64,000 nt of DNA, taken from contig NOWV01000019.1 in the NCBI GenBank assembly GCA_003344405.1, forward strand, positions 620,001 through 684,000. The letters are read 5' to 3'. The position numbers and the translations under genes are program-made. The DNA comes from Trichoplax sp. H2 (Eukaryota). The notes beneath the pieces are model-generated. The model saw only the letters and a program-made list of their open reading frames with translations. It was not told the DNA's origin and searched no databases. Each line of letters opens with the position of its first letter. The first letter of the stretch is position 1. Below are positions 40,201 to 54,700 of the stretch, piece after piece.

Positions 40201-41140
40201 TCTTAATTCCTGCTTCTTTATTCTCAAGTTACTACACAAAGCAGCCTTCCAAAATTGTTATACCGTATAAAATTTTTCATATTGCACAGTATTGAATTTA
40301 TTTTAGATAAATACTTATAGCATTTCTAATTATTGTATTGATCATAAATGCGAATCTGATAGATTTCCACAGCAATGTACGACTGGTTCTAGTTCAGTAA
40401 ATGTCATATGCTTACTTTACGTTATTAATTACCCCCTAACTTCTGATAGTGATACTGGTACTCCAATAGTTGTCGCAATCAGAATACTAAGTTAGTACAT
40501 ATATACCAGCGTTTATTTTAAATTCTTAGAAGCCTAGAGTATCGATTATTAAATACGCAGTATTCGATAATGATAATTTACATCAATGAGTTTTCTGAAC
40601 ACTTTAATAAATATCCGGTAGCACCATTATATACCAGTCTTTGCAATATCAAGCTGATTAATATCTACTATATCAATTACTATACCCTTAGTATTAGGAA
40701 AGATGATATTTTCTGATGACGTTTATACCTAGTTCATCAAGTCAATTAAATGATGGGAATCATGGTAAAAAAAGAAGCAAAGTTACGCATGGCTTCTGAG
40801 ATAGGACAGTATTGATATCGCATTTTTTAGCTATTTTTGTATACTAAGGATGTTAAGCCGGCATGATAATAGTTCATGAGAATAATAGCTTTAAGTTTTA
40901 TGGAATGGTAATTAAACCATTTTATGATGTATCCACTGTAGTTGAGCTTAAATTATAATTATTACACGGCAAAAGGGTAGATGCAATTGAAGAAAGTTTA
41001 ATTTTTGGTCTTAACTGCAAACCTCAGTTTCACATGTTATTGCAATTACTTTCCGTAATGGTAATTTGGGCAAGTGAAGGCTATATTTTTGCAATTCTGT
41101 AGAAGATTGCTGTAGTGGTAAAAGGATCGCAAGATTTACT

Positions 41141-41352
41141 AGGGTTCTATTAATAAATAATGGATTATGATAATAGTGGTTACAGTCCATAGTTATGTGA
41201 TTATTTATTGTTTAATGACTATAGAATGAAAGTAGTAAAATGATCACTGTAAAATTTACCAAGGTTCTATAAGTAAATAACGGATTGTGATGATAGTAGA
41301 TACAGTCAAATAGTTATACGCTTATTTATAGTTCGATGACTACAGAATGAAA
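41141..41352. repeat. Tandem duplication, 120-bp period
   Basis: 41141-41231 resembles 41261-41352 (GGTTCTAT..TAAATAA.GGATT.TGAT.ATAGT...GACTA.AGAATGAAA). Confidence 0.85.
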
Positions 41353-41370
41353 TTTATCTCACTATCTTTA

Positions 41371-44300
41371 GTTGTCTCGATATCCAATTCTCAATCTCCC
41401 CTTCTGATGCTTACCACTTTTGATTCGGAATTGGAAACTACAACTGCAACGGTTGATGGAACTTCTCTCACGACAAGTAAGCTTTTAGAATTAACGGACG
41501 ATTTCTGATGAGATGGAATGATAATAAGATTTTCGATATACCCGGTATATTGCGGTTTTAATTGCTATTTATGACACTATTTCCGATATTTATTAACGTA
41601 AATAGCTATTTAAATTAATATTTTTATATCAATGCCTACGCTATTCTTTTATGTAAGTGGCGGCAATTATCGCAAACCTAACTAACTGTAACTACTAGCC
41701 AGAGTACCGTAAGAGAAATGATTCAATTAGATTGTTTTCCATGGTATATAACATGGCTTAGCTTCTTTACACCTTTTACTAAGTACATGGCAACCAAAAT
41801 TGAAGATGAAGACTCTTATTTCCTTTGAAGATAATATCTATAGTGCAATTGCTAGAATATCAGATAGACAAATGCCACTTTTGCATTTAATTTATAAAGA
41901 CCAACTTATGCATATTCTCTTATAGTATTGCGGCTGTAAATTTTCCAATTACTAGAAATATATTGTCTACGATTTGCTTCCCTTCGATCAGATTTATTAA
42001 ATTATCACAGCTGCACCTTTATTCTCTTTAGCCATTATTTTTAACTGCTTTATACTAGTCAAGGGAATCAAATTCATTAGGAATTTGATAGCTCGATACA
42101 AATAATATTCATAACGTCAATTGCAAGCACAGTAGATAAACTAAAGCCACTTTTACATTTTCTTCATGGGGATTAAATTGTGACCGTAAATTTTCGCCAC
42201 TAGGAATACACTGTTCTGCCTATGATCCGCTTTCTTTCCTCAACATTCTTTAAATTGCAGGCATTGTATCTTTATTTTTTATGCAGTTATTTTAAGCTTC
42301 ATTCCTTTTATTTTGGCTATGCTAGTTACTACAACTACAGGCATGAATCAAGCCACGACTACAACATTTATTCCAAAGCCAACAAGTAGGTAGCCACTAT
42401 TTTCACGGTATAATATCTGACATGGTGAGTATGTAATCGCTGTTGACAATCTAGATATTTGTTGCTTAATAACAAGTTTTTGTGATAACGTAATAGTATG
42501 AATGTCGCAGCATATATTTTTATTTTCAATTTCTTCTGCAGTATATCAAAAATTCTACTTCTTCTACTAATTTGAAGCTAGATCTATAGGTTTTCTACAG
42601 CATATCATCAGTAATTGAGCTTATATAATTGCTGTCGGTAATTTGTATATAAATTTTTTTAATTATAAGTTTACTTGGATAACATAAATAGCTCGAACGC
42701 CTCAGTATATATTTTTACCTTTGATTCTTAAGCAGTTTCAAAGAATTCTGTTCCTTCTGCTAGTTTCAAGCTAGATCTTTATGTCTTTTCCTTATCCTTC
42801 TTCAGCGGTGCTTTCAACAGAAACAGCAGAGATTGGAATATCATCATCAGCTGTCGAAGAAGAAATGCCAGTTTCATCGGTCATCCCTAGTCCGCCAGCT
42901 ACTGAAATTACAATTACGGAATACCCCAACTTACCATCATTTTTACCCATCTATGTTTCCATTCGATTAGCCATGAATTTAGAAACATTTGAGGCCAATA
43001 AACAAGAATTTAAAGACAATATTGCAGCATATCTGAATGATAACTTTAATGAAACGTTTAGTAATGAAAGTGTTATCATTATGAATATATCACGAATCGC
43101 TACAACAAATCAACGTGCAGGAAATGATGAAGTTATTGTTAATTTTTATATCACCAATGATTTTGCTGCAAGAAGTGTAAACCCTACATTAACAAAATTT
43201 ATCGGCAATTGGTTATTAAAATTATTCCAGGATAGAAATGACGCATTACTTGGACCAGCTTTTTCGGGCAAGGTAAGGAAGATTAGTTATTGCAGCAATG
43301 ATAGATACGCTAGCAATTTCTAGCTCCAGTTTGTATCCTCTGCCATGATAATTAGTTAATCATCCTTCTAAGTTGAAGATAATTCCAATAAGCCAATTTA
43401 ACAGATATGATTCTGTAGTAGCTAACCAGAATAGTTTGCAATGACTATGATTAGTCGTTGCAATGGTGCTATATTATTGATGCTTTGATGATAGCTTGCA
43501 TTTTATTAATAATGATTTAAACTGCTTTTAAAATTGATCATAAGACCAATTGCAGTAAATTTAGTTACTGCCTATACAAATCATGGAAGTGCAATGTTTA
43601 GTTATTGTCGTAATTTTGGGGCACACTAACATGCCATCTGTAGCGAATACAAAATATATTATGTACATCAGATACAATCTTTCCTATTAACTTAATAGTA
43701 ATATATTGATCATTCTTCATTATGATGCGCTGCCATGATGATTTGTCGATCATTCCTCTAAATTGAAGATAATCCCCATCAAGCAATATAGTAGACATGA
43801 TGCTGTAGTATTTAAGCACTAGAGTTCGCAATGACGATAATTTAGTCGTTATCTTGACATGTGGATTTTTAAGTTTCAAATAAGCCAATTATTAATATTT
43901 TAAGAGTAGTTTGCATTTAGCAATCATGACTTGAACTCTTCTTTAAACTCGATCACATGATCAATGCTTACAACAAATATAGGTATTGCCGCTAAAAATC
44001 ATTAAAGTATAATGCTCAGCCATTATCATCATAATGGACTCAATAAGTCCCATCGGCTGCGAATATGAAATATTATCATAGGCGTCTAGATAGAATCTGT
44101 TTTGCAAGCCTAATTTTTGTCTACTTGTTACCTTTAATTACTAATGTATAATGGTAATTTCATGAATGAACTGGATGAGCATACGGATATAAATATAGTT
44201 AGCATTGCTGATCATGATATTACCTATAATCAATAGCTTAAAATATAAGGTATAGCTGAGATATATTATAAATTAATATCATCATTAATTATATCATGAA

Positions 44301-47300
44301 TCTAAAGATTGGAAAAGCTGTCTTCATACCTTCTGATTTATTTTATCGATAGCTTTTACAAGTTTCCTTGATACTCTCAAATCGGGTAGCGGATGGAGTG
44401 GTGATTGCAGTTACTTTGTCTGCTTTTGCAGCGGCAATCTTACTTATTGCTTTCTTGTATTGGGTAAGGCCTTGCTTCCGATACAATTACAGGCTATATC
44501 TAAGCCAAATTAAATCGCTTATGTTACCTTGTAACTATCGTAAAAATGATTGGATGCTCAATAGACTTGTTACTATAGTTGCAATCAGGCCATCATAACT
44601 TAAATCGATCCTTCAGAACGGTACTTATCGATCACGAGCAAAACTATGATGATCTTGGCTATTTAAATCCTAACTTGGAGCTGTATGAAACTAATGTAAG
44701 CTGATTTCCTTTACACCTGCTTCATTTTATTCTCTTATTGACCTTTTGATCGATTGCCTTTAAATTGATAAATACAAATGTAATTTTTGGTCTAGAGATC
44801 AAGTCAGACCAATTCTCAAATGGACAAAAGCGTGCTAGCTGAGCGATTACGATCTGGGAGTGCCCTTCGATTAGAATTTGATGTAGGTCATTTATTTGGT
44901 TACAGATTAATTACTTGCGACTACATTAGTATACTTATTTGAAGTAGTATCTATAGGTGAATAGGAATGCTTAGCTTTTACTAGCTTATGATGTATGATC
45001 ATTACTTTATGGTTCGTGGCAACTATTATTATGTATAATCTATCGATACATGATACAAAAGAGATATAAAATAATGCTTTTATTGTCAAGACTAGCACTA
45101 TAACATTGCTCATATTTACTTTTTAGTTGATTTTAATCGTAGCTACTGCCTATAAAATAGATAATATTATCTTGCTCACTGTACAATTTTATTTATGGTT
45201 AGGAAATTCCTACTATGGTATCGTCCAATGCAGAATTACCAGCCAACATCGAAAGGAAAAATCGGTTCATTAATGTTGTTCCTAGTAAGGCTAAATCTTA
45301 TTTCATATCGAATTTAGACATACGGTGATCTATCCGTTAAGTTTTACTCATATATGGCTTAGTAAAATATCGAATTATAATTAATGCTAATAATAACATT
45401 AAAATTAGCCTTTCCTATTCTGTAAATGTGCTCTATTTAATATTCTTACATTGTTAATTGCACTTCAATTCTAATCTATGATTGGATAAGAATAATTGTT
45501 GGAGGATATAGATTTAACGAAAGGATATTAAAATTGCTAAATAGTATTAGTAGCTATTCTTTTATACCATTACAACTTTTCCACAATACTAGAAGAAAAA
45601 AGCTGGATTTTTTAGCTATACATACGTTAACTAGATAATTATAATTATTTCCAATTACCTTTCAATTTTACTCTTTTTCCTCATTAAGATAAGCTATCGA
45701 GAGTAAATTTAAGACCTATTCTTGGCGATGTTACGTCTGAGTACATAAATGCTAATTACGTCAGAGTAAGTAAGGACTTTTGTATACTTTTCTACTAACT
45801 GTATCTTAATTAGTTACTTAATTTACTCGGGAATGATCTTAATTATAACTATCGTGTCATAACAGGGATATCTAGGGAAACCAAGATCTTATATCGCTAC
45901 TCAAGCTCCGTTAACTAATACTGTTACAGACTTTTGGCGGATGATTTGGGAGAATAACGTTAAAGTAATTCTAATGGCTACGGCATTAGATATTAATGGA
46001 TCGGTAAGTCTGTTCTCTTGTAGAAAATATTTTACTTTAGAATCTGTTTCTTTAGAACTTACTTTAACTCGCTACAGAGAGATAAGGCGACCTGAGTGAT
46101 GGTGAACAAGCACAAATATTTGCCCCCAAAATGGGTTAACCCATAGTTTGGTTGCACCATTCAAGTTTAATGTTATTTAGCATACTAACTATATCTGAGA
46201 ATTATGAATAGATCGGATAATAGAAGCATGCTATAACAGTGGATAAAATATAGACTAAAATATGATGATAAGTCAACAAGAAGAGTGTATGAATAAATAC
46301 GGAATCGCTTAAATTAGTAACGGGCCAGTAAAATAGTGTCAGCATTATTACCCTTTATCACATAGAGTATGACGGTATCAAAATAGTAAAGTCCTTCCGC
46401 TTGATCAACACCCTCAAAAGTTACCTAGCCTACCGTACTCTATTGATCGCATCTAGCTTAAATATTGTAATAAATTTCAGACAAGAAACGATAATTGCCA
46501 AACAAGAAATACGGTATTGCTGGAATTGTATTGATTGGGTTGATGATCTTACTTCGCGCGAGATGTTACAATAAATTAATTCAGCATTTCTTTTATACAG
46601 CTGCAAATTTGTTGCATTATACTGTATTCTTTTCTGCCCTTATCACGGTACGCAGAATATTTTGATTATTGCGAGCTCTCTTGCCTAACGTAGTATTATT
46701 TACTTTTTCCTCGAATGGTATAATTTAATGTTAGATTATGGTCTTTAAGTAGTATTGAGAGAGCTTCAGGGTATTATTTTCATATACAAAGTAGATCAAT
46801 TGAACAATTATTAGTTTTAATTCTATGGATAACCTCTTTTGAATGAGTAAAACATGTTTTTTGTAATGTCTGATGTTCGATGTTTAATGTAGTCCCAATG
46901 TAGTCAATATTGGCCACTGGATGATGAAGTTGGTGCCAGTATCAAGGCGGATTCATTCTTGATTACCTTGCACGATAGAGTAATCTACGATACCTATATC
47001 ATTTCTACACTTAATCTACAAAACAATAAGGTAGTATAGAGTTTAAAGAAAACTAAAACCTCCAGCCGATTTGGAAGTGATGATTAGGCTTAAAAGTTGT
47101 GAATAATCGCTAATCTTTTACTCATTCATTAGAGAGAATCAATCTATATTAAGCATTACTGGTACACAAAGTGGCCAGCAGATAATTTCCCTTCCGATGA
47201 AGAATCAACTGTTAACTTACTATTAAATATTAGAGAGGAATTGAAAGAACTTGACAGTCCTTTAGTTGTACATTGCAAGTAAGTTTATTTTTCCCAACTT

Positions 47301-47704
47301 TTGCACTTTTATGGTAGAGTAATAATTCATCCGACGCTGAAGAACAATATCTATTCTATTACAGCAATGGTATAGGAAGAACTGGAGTATTATTAGCTAT
47401 CGATACTTGCATGAGAAGTTATGATGATTGCCGCAAGGTAGATATCAAGAAATGTGTTGAAAGAGTGCGTGAAGATCGTGGTGGATGCGTGCAGACCTTT
47501 GATCAATACCTTTATATATACAAGGTCAGCAGATAGCAAAATGGCTGCGTTAATCTAGGCTAACAAACAGAAATTATTGTATATTTTAAAGATGAATAGC
47601 AATACTTTCAATCACCAACAAACATATTCTGAATTTTAGTTACATAAATTTTGATCCGTTGTTTTGTCTAGACCATGTACTACTACGCCAACAGGGATCA
47701 TTAA
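41371..47704 (+). CDS. Receptor-type protein tyrosine phosphatase with a single PTP domain (PTPRR/PTPN5-like) and mucin-like plus SEA-like ectodomain; 5' end not located
   Basis: Thr-rich exons lie at ~41371 and ~42326, an ectodomain exon at ~42735-43272 and a TM exon at ~44353-44463. PTP motifs are [71 protein letters not shown] and [12 protein letters not shown]. The stop is at 47702-47704. Confidence 0.9.
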
Positions 47705-49539
47705 GAATCTGGAAATCGGCTGCAATGGAAGAACAGTGATTATAGATCATTCAACGGCAAATTGCATCATGTAATGTTCATTTTTTCATGTAATATTTCT
47801 AAGTATTTAATTTTCAACATCCGTTATAATGATAGTCATAAAAAAGTTGAAAATTATGAATAATTAAGAATTAGTAAATAGACCTATAATGATAGGTTAT
47901 GCTATGTTATTTGCAATATTACTTCGATTGATAAAATTTATTTCTTAGCAAGAATAATTCTCCAGTTCGCTTATATTAGCAATACTGACAGCCTATAATT
48001 TGCAGATGTTGCATTTCTTTCTACCTATATTGTATTTAATGCAACCACATTTTACTAAGAGTAAGTTGTAGCAATATCATAGCTCCTTGATAGGAACTAT
48101 AAGTAACCGAATCGTAACATACTCTATTTATTAGTTACTGATACATTCCAATTCGTATTACAGTCTAAAGACTATTTTAATAGGATTAGCTACTATATTC
48201 AATTATTTTACAGCCCTTAAGTGTTTAGAGGATTAAATTTATTTAGTTGCAATTATAGCGTTTTCTTTATACTATGATAAATGTACGAAAATATACGGTA
48301 TTCTATCATGAAATAGCTTAGTTGTTACAATGAGACTAAATTTGCGAAAAAAGTACGCAACTATGGACAATTCTGGACGATATTGTATTAGTTGAAAAGA
48401 TACCAAAGTCAGTTGACTTTAGTTTGAGAAAATTGATAGCTTTTGCATTCGCTTTAGATTATTTCAGGCTGCTTTGCAGTTCATTTCATACTGTAGTACT
48501 GCGATACTTTTTAATAGCTATTGGTATTTCAAACCGTCAACGTCAAAGGGCCTCAAATATTGAGTTTCTAATTATTCTTGAGTACCAAAGGAAGGAAAGG
48601 CTTCAGATTTGATGTTGATGATAGCTGAGAACAGCTATAAAGTATTTAAGACCATAAAACTAATAAATTGTCCACCTGTTATAGAATTAATAGAGTAATC
48701 AAGTATTCTGAATAGGCATGTAATTGACTTAATATTGCATGCAATAAAGCCAAATCACTTTTGCAAGATTTTAAAATATTATAGATAATATAATATCTAC
48801 TGATAAAATATTCGGTAAGTACGTGCTTAGAGTATTTTACTGACTTTGTATTTGAGAGATCCTACTTGGTTAACCGTGTAGTCAGTCTGTAACAATTTAC
48901 CGGTGAAAGTTTATTAGCTTTGATTATTACAATATTGAACATTAGCCAATAAGAGCTTATATAGATAATTTGAAATATAAATCAAATTAGAAACTATTGT
49001 CATTTTAACTTTAGTTAAAATAGAATAGTAACAACTAATTCATCATATGTAGGTTCTAATATATTACGGTATTGTCACAAACCAGCTTCGTGACAAGGAT
49101 AACGTGAAACAAATCTCTAAATTACTATAGTCTCCGGGATTCAGTATTCCTACTCACAAGAATTTAGACGCCTTTAATTCTACGTTAAACTCAACTAGAC
49201 AATTGAGAACTGCTTTATTCAATTATCTGACGGGTTTATATACCCTTCTACAGCAGCTAACATTCACAAGTCATCTAATAAAAATACTTGGGTGAGAACA
49301 TCTACAACTAGTTTTTCACAGTCGGACTACAATATGTCCATTCACAGAATCATTTCAGTACACATTACAGCACAGCAATAAATTTACTGTAACACATTTA
49401 TAATTAGAGTAATTCCTATTGTAAGTGACTAGTTATAATATAATATCACTATATTATATTAACCAAATTTAGATATCTATTTCTTCACGGTAGTTCGTAC
49501 CCTGACAGGTATATGTCTTAGAAAGGTTAGTTTCTGCTG

Positions 49540-51230
49540 CTAGAAAATACTAAATTAAAATTAAAGTAGGGTTGCATCATCGATAGGTATTGCGTAATTG
49601 AGAAATTTAATTGAATTAAGGCTAATTGGTCTGGTCTATACTCGACATCGATCAAGAAACATATTGAATATCGTTTCAGCTTTCTTGGACATAACACTAG
49701 AGTACAATATTACAATTGCATACGAGAACAGCGTAACTGGCAACATAGTCTGCAAAATTGCTGCTCTATAATTGATGCAATTCAATTTTTATATTATTTG
49801 CCTAGCATGGCTAGGGCAATAGTTTAGATCAGGTGGTTCTATAGTCTACTTTAAGATCTAATATTGTATATTTCCTACGAAAGATTAGATTCTACTATAT
49901 GCTGTAACGATCAGGAAACTTATCGAATCTCATAGCAGCTTTCTCAGATATACCACTAGGGTATTACATTGCAATTGTGTGCAACAGTAGCATAACTTGC
50001 AATGTAATCTGTAAAATTGCTGCTCTAAAATTGATATAGTCCAATTTGTATATTACTTGCCTTCTATAGTTAGGGCATTAGTCCGAATCAATCGGTTCTA
50101 TACTTTACATTAAGATCTATAATAAAAATTATAATTATTAAATTATTAATATTTGTCTTTATGGAAGTGCGGTACTGTTCCATACATGAAGACAATTTGC
50201 GTTCACGGATAGCGATTAGTAATTATAATTAATTATTATTAAGGAATCAAAAATAGAAGAAATGATCTGGCGTATATTCTTGTATCCATTTCAATTTATC
50301 AATAGGATAAGGATTAAGGATTATACTGTAGAAACGCAATTCGATGACGACTTCTAAATTGCAGTACTGTTCTATACATGAAGACAATTTACGTTCACGG
50401 ATAGTGATTAATAAATTTAATGAATCCTTATTAATGAATTGAAAAATAGAGGAAACGATCTGGCGTATATACTTGTATCCATTTCAATTTATCAATCGGA
50501 TAAGGATTAAGGATTATACCGTAGAAACGCAATTCGATGATGACTTATAGGAAAGAAGAAGAAAGATGCAAACCATCGGATTCTATCCTAAGTACGACCA
50601 TGACATGTTGGATCGGAGAAGCCATCGGATTGCATGGTAGTTCGACAACGACCTGTTGAAATGGAGAAGGCATCGGATCCTATCCCAAGTACGACGATCA
50701 TGTAGAAGAAAAGAAACCATTGGATTCCGCGGTAAGCAAGACGATGATGACAACAAGTTGGATTATCCCCAACACAATGATCAAGATACTGTAGTAGTCC
50801 ATGTCGCAAGTGGCCGAAGAGTGTGAGTAAAAGAGTGGATGGCAAGCGTAAATAGCTGCAAATTGTCTTCCACTGCTATTGCGAGTCTGCGTCGAATGCA
50901 GTAGGAAAAAAATAATTATAATCTTTATTATAGATAATATTATAAATTATAATCATAATGTAAATAAACATTTCACCAATAATCCGTATTCCTAAGATAG
51001 ATTAAATTCTATTATATCTTCGCTAGAAGATGCTACATTAAAATTAAAGTAAAGTTCTACTATATAGTATTATCGATGGTCATTGCATAATGGAGAACCT
51101 CAATTAAATTATTGCTAAATTGTCCAGCCTATATGCTGCATCGATCAGGAAACATAATCGAACATCATATCACCTTTCTGAGATATACCACTAGGGTGCT
51201 ACATTGCAATTGTGCACGAAAGTAGTATAA
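49540..51230. repeat. Compound repeat cluster upstream of CCDC87
   Basis: A ~260-bp-period duplication (AAAATTGCTGCTCTA.AATTGAT at ~49754 and ~50014) has a third partial copy at ~51035-51230. A near-identical 190-bp tandem pair spans ~50172-50352 and ~50364-50546. A GC-richer minisatellite of ~48-bp period lies at 50570-50790. Confidence 0.85.
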
Positions 51231-51791
51231 CTTATATATATACATTATTATAATATTTCCTATACCGTAAACTATGGAAGCGACAGTGTACTAGATATAA
51301 TATGAAGATTGACGTGGTGTTGGATACGCGCATGCCCATATTCAATGTCCATTGTTGCTATGATACCATCAATCCAGGCATTTTTTAGGCTATAATTTAA
51401 ACAAAGTCCAACTATATTACCCAATTCTAGAAGCCAAATCAGCTGTTAGAAGGAATTGATTACACCTTAGAGATAGAATTTCATACTGGCACATACTATG
51501 TCAAGATTAAAAGCGTTAAGTGGGATCGAATTGTATTTCATTTCACGATAGTATCCTACAAGTAACATTTTGGGTTAGATCGAATTTTAGTTATAAGGGA
51601 TCACTGAAAATTTCATGGGTTTGTATATTCAAGCAGGAAATGATCCATAAGGCAACATTACTCTAGCTAATTTCACCTTAGACAGGGCTGATTCATCTAC
51701 TACAATCAGTTTGGCAATTAACATTGGGTGGCTAGTTCAAATCAAGCTTTAATAGTTCGTAGAAATTTATTGTATTACGTATTTATCACCA

Positions 51792-54700
51792 ATGGAGGGT
51801 CTAGACAAGCTATATCCCCTTGAAAATTTCGATATTTCCGAAGTAAGTACATTCTCAACCTGGCACTTTCTAATTCAATCACAAGATAGATAATGCAAAT
51901 AAGATAATTCTTTTTTAGTCGGCTGCTTTCAACGCTTCTCTTAAATTTCTTACTTTAATAATAGCAAAATTTCAACTTGCTTAACTTGTAAATTAATGAC
52001 AGATTGGTTAGATATCACGGCTACATTATTACTTGACACGCATTTTTAATTTCCACCGTGTTATTGATCAATTTAGAAAGATTTTCAGGACAAATTTATT
52101 ACCGCTGCTGGACCGATTAGTTTATTTGCAACTGGGAACGACTCAGGTTCGTGGTAGAATACCAATTCTTATAATCAGTTGAAGCAATTACCAATTACTA
52201 ATTTCTTAGACTATGCTGATTGTTTACGATAAAACTAATTCTGTAGTCATCACTTAGTCATGAGATAATTTTTAAGTGATATCATGTGGAATGAGCAATA
52301 TTTTGCAATTATCGTATCATAACTAGATGATATTGCAGCCGAATTACAACATGAAAGAACGCTGACCCCAATCCAGGTTAGAATTCCAGTGAAATGTTTA
52401 TTGCATAAAGACAATAATATGGATAAAACTTTTAACTTCATTTCACTTCATATCCAGGATGCCTTGGTATCCCTGCCGGCAAGTTTGAATAATTTTCTTC
52501 AAATTCTTCGCCCTCGAATTCGACCGAAAGGAGTTCTTGAATATTTAACTGTCAATAACCAGCAAGAATTCGTAAGATACAATTGATTACATAAACTAAA
52601 ATGATTTTATGAAAATTGTACTCTTGTGATTATTTTATATTTTTGATCTCGAATCAGCATTATTTTAAAGAATTTTGCTTATTTGACAATTGCAGGTTAC
52701 CGTTATTACAGGAGAAATTAGTAATATATGGCCGGATTTACAAGATGTCGCACATGACCCTTATTTAGTATGTAGCTTCTTTATAAATTTCTCCATAAAT
52801 TCATCAAAAGCGAATTATGTTAGAGAGTTTTAAGTAGTACAAAATATAATTAATAGCTAATTTATCTCTACTTAATGTTAGGATGAAGAAAGCAATTTCC
52901 AGTTAAAAAGGTGAACTCTGGATAAATTTAAAACTCATTCCGTTGGCTCCTACCTTAATGATTTTATATTTTAATAAATAGGCGAATTATGATGAATATT
53001 ATTATTACAGCAGAGGAATTATTCCATAAGTACTTGGACAGCGCAGAGACTTTAAACAAACGTGGCGTTTTCAGTGCAGCTGCTAATTCAAGCCGTTTAC
53101 AGGCCCAATTAGCAATTGAGGCACATAAGAGGTTGATCTAAATTTAATGATATATGCAAACTACACTATAGCAGTCGCTAAAGCAGATTTGAAGTTTATT
53201 AAATCCTCATAATGTCTGTGAAGAAAAAATTAAATTTCTTGCAATTTATTCTCAGATTTAACGTCTTAGCTCTTCGTCGTGTTATTCTGGCTGAAATGAA
53301 AGCAGAGCAAAGTCTGTTTAGCGCCAACATCAACAATGAGAAAGTGAAGAGAGAGCGAGGATTTACGAAAGTATTGCATAATTTATTCCGTAGAATTTTG
53401 ATTGCCGGAGATAACATGCTGTTCGTGAGATATTACTATTAGCTCTTAGCTTACAATGTCCATCTAATACTTTCCATATAAACTATAGCTAGAACGAAGA
53501 GATTTTCACTTGGAAAAGTCGATAGAAGCAGAAGTAAATGAGGTACGGAAGCTGTAAAATGAAATTACTTCTAATTTTACTGTATTAGCCTATACAGTTT
53601 ATATGAATGTGCACCAGGATTAAAAATATAATATTAACACAAACCGCATGATTTATTGTAGCTTAAATCAAAGATGCCTTCAATTCCCAAGCATTATCAA
53701 CATTATGATGAATTATCGGCACTCTATGGAATTGTTGAGTGTAAGTTATAGTTTCTAGGCGCAATTCTACCATCACCATTCTAAAAGTATTTTCAATCAC
53801 AGCCGAGCAAAGCAATACAGGAATAGATGTTTACAATGAAAGTGAAATGAATGAGGCGGGGCAAGAGAGGTAACTTTACTTGATGCTCTAAATTTAATTC
53901 ATGTAGTAATCGATTGTACTGGAAGGCCTTGCCTAAATGTTATCAATAACTTTGTTACCTGAGTAATTCTAGAGTATCTCATAAAGACGAATCTATTTAA
54001 TCCTTTAATATCCAGGATTATATAGCAAAGATACATATAGTACTGGTAGATTTGATAACATCTAGAATTATTAACTAGACTATACATAAATCAATCCATT
54101 TCAGTTTAAGATTTGCATCCAATAACTGTGATACTTAAGATATTTAGAGGCAATAATATTCTCTTTTATTGTCAGGTATCAAAGATTAGAATATCTTCAG
54201 AGCGATTTGATTTTTCCATGATACCAATCAATATAAACTAAAAGATGTAGTCTTCGCTGATTATCCTTCTTCAAAGTAGTAGTACTAACTACGATATGCA
54301 CGAAAAGTCTTTATGTAAGAATTCTAAAATAAGATCAATGCACCTGCTGATGGTCCATTCAATTTTTACGATGTTGATTTATAGTACCTTCAGTGAGGAA
54401 ATCGAGCCATTCACCAATTTCGGTCTTCGGGTAAATAGAACTTTCTTGCTAATATTTGTTGAATATATTGTTGAGATAATGATTATCTTGCTGTTTATAT
54501 TTAACATCTAGAGTAAAATGATATGCTATATATATTTTTGTTGTATCATAATATTATTCTGCGGGAAATGTTACTTTTAATAGCGTTGCGAATCCATGCC
54601 AAAGCTAAATCGAGGGAATACTGAAGATTTTGCTACTGAATGTGGCTTAGATGGGGATGAAGTTCGGCGTCTTGGTAAAGTATAGTAACTATACTGGATT

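Noticed and set aside
50560-50800. CRISPR-like regularly spaced repeats
   Set aside because: The repeats are short and degenerate, the intervening sequences are related to each other, there are no cas genes, and the context is eukaryotic.
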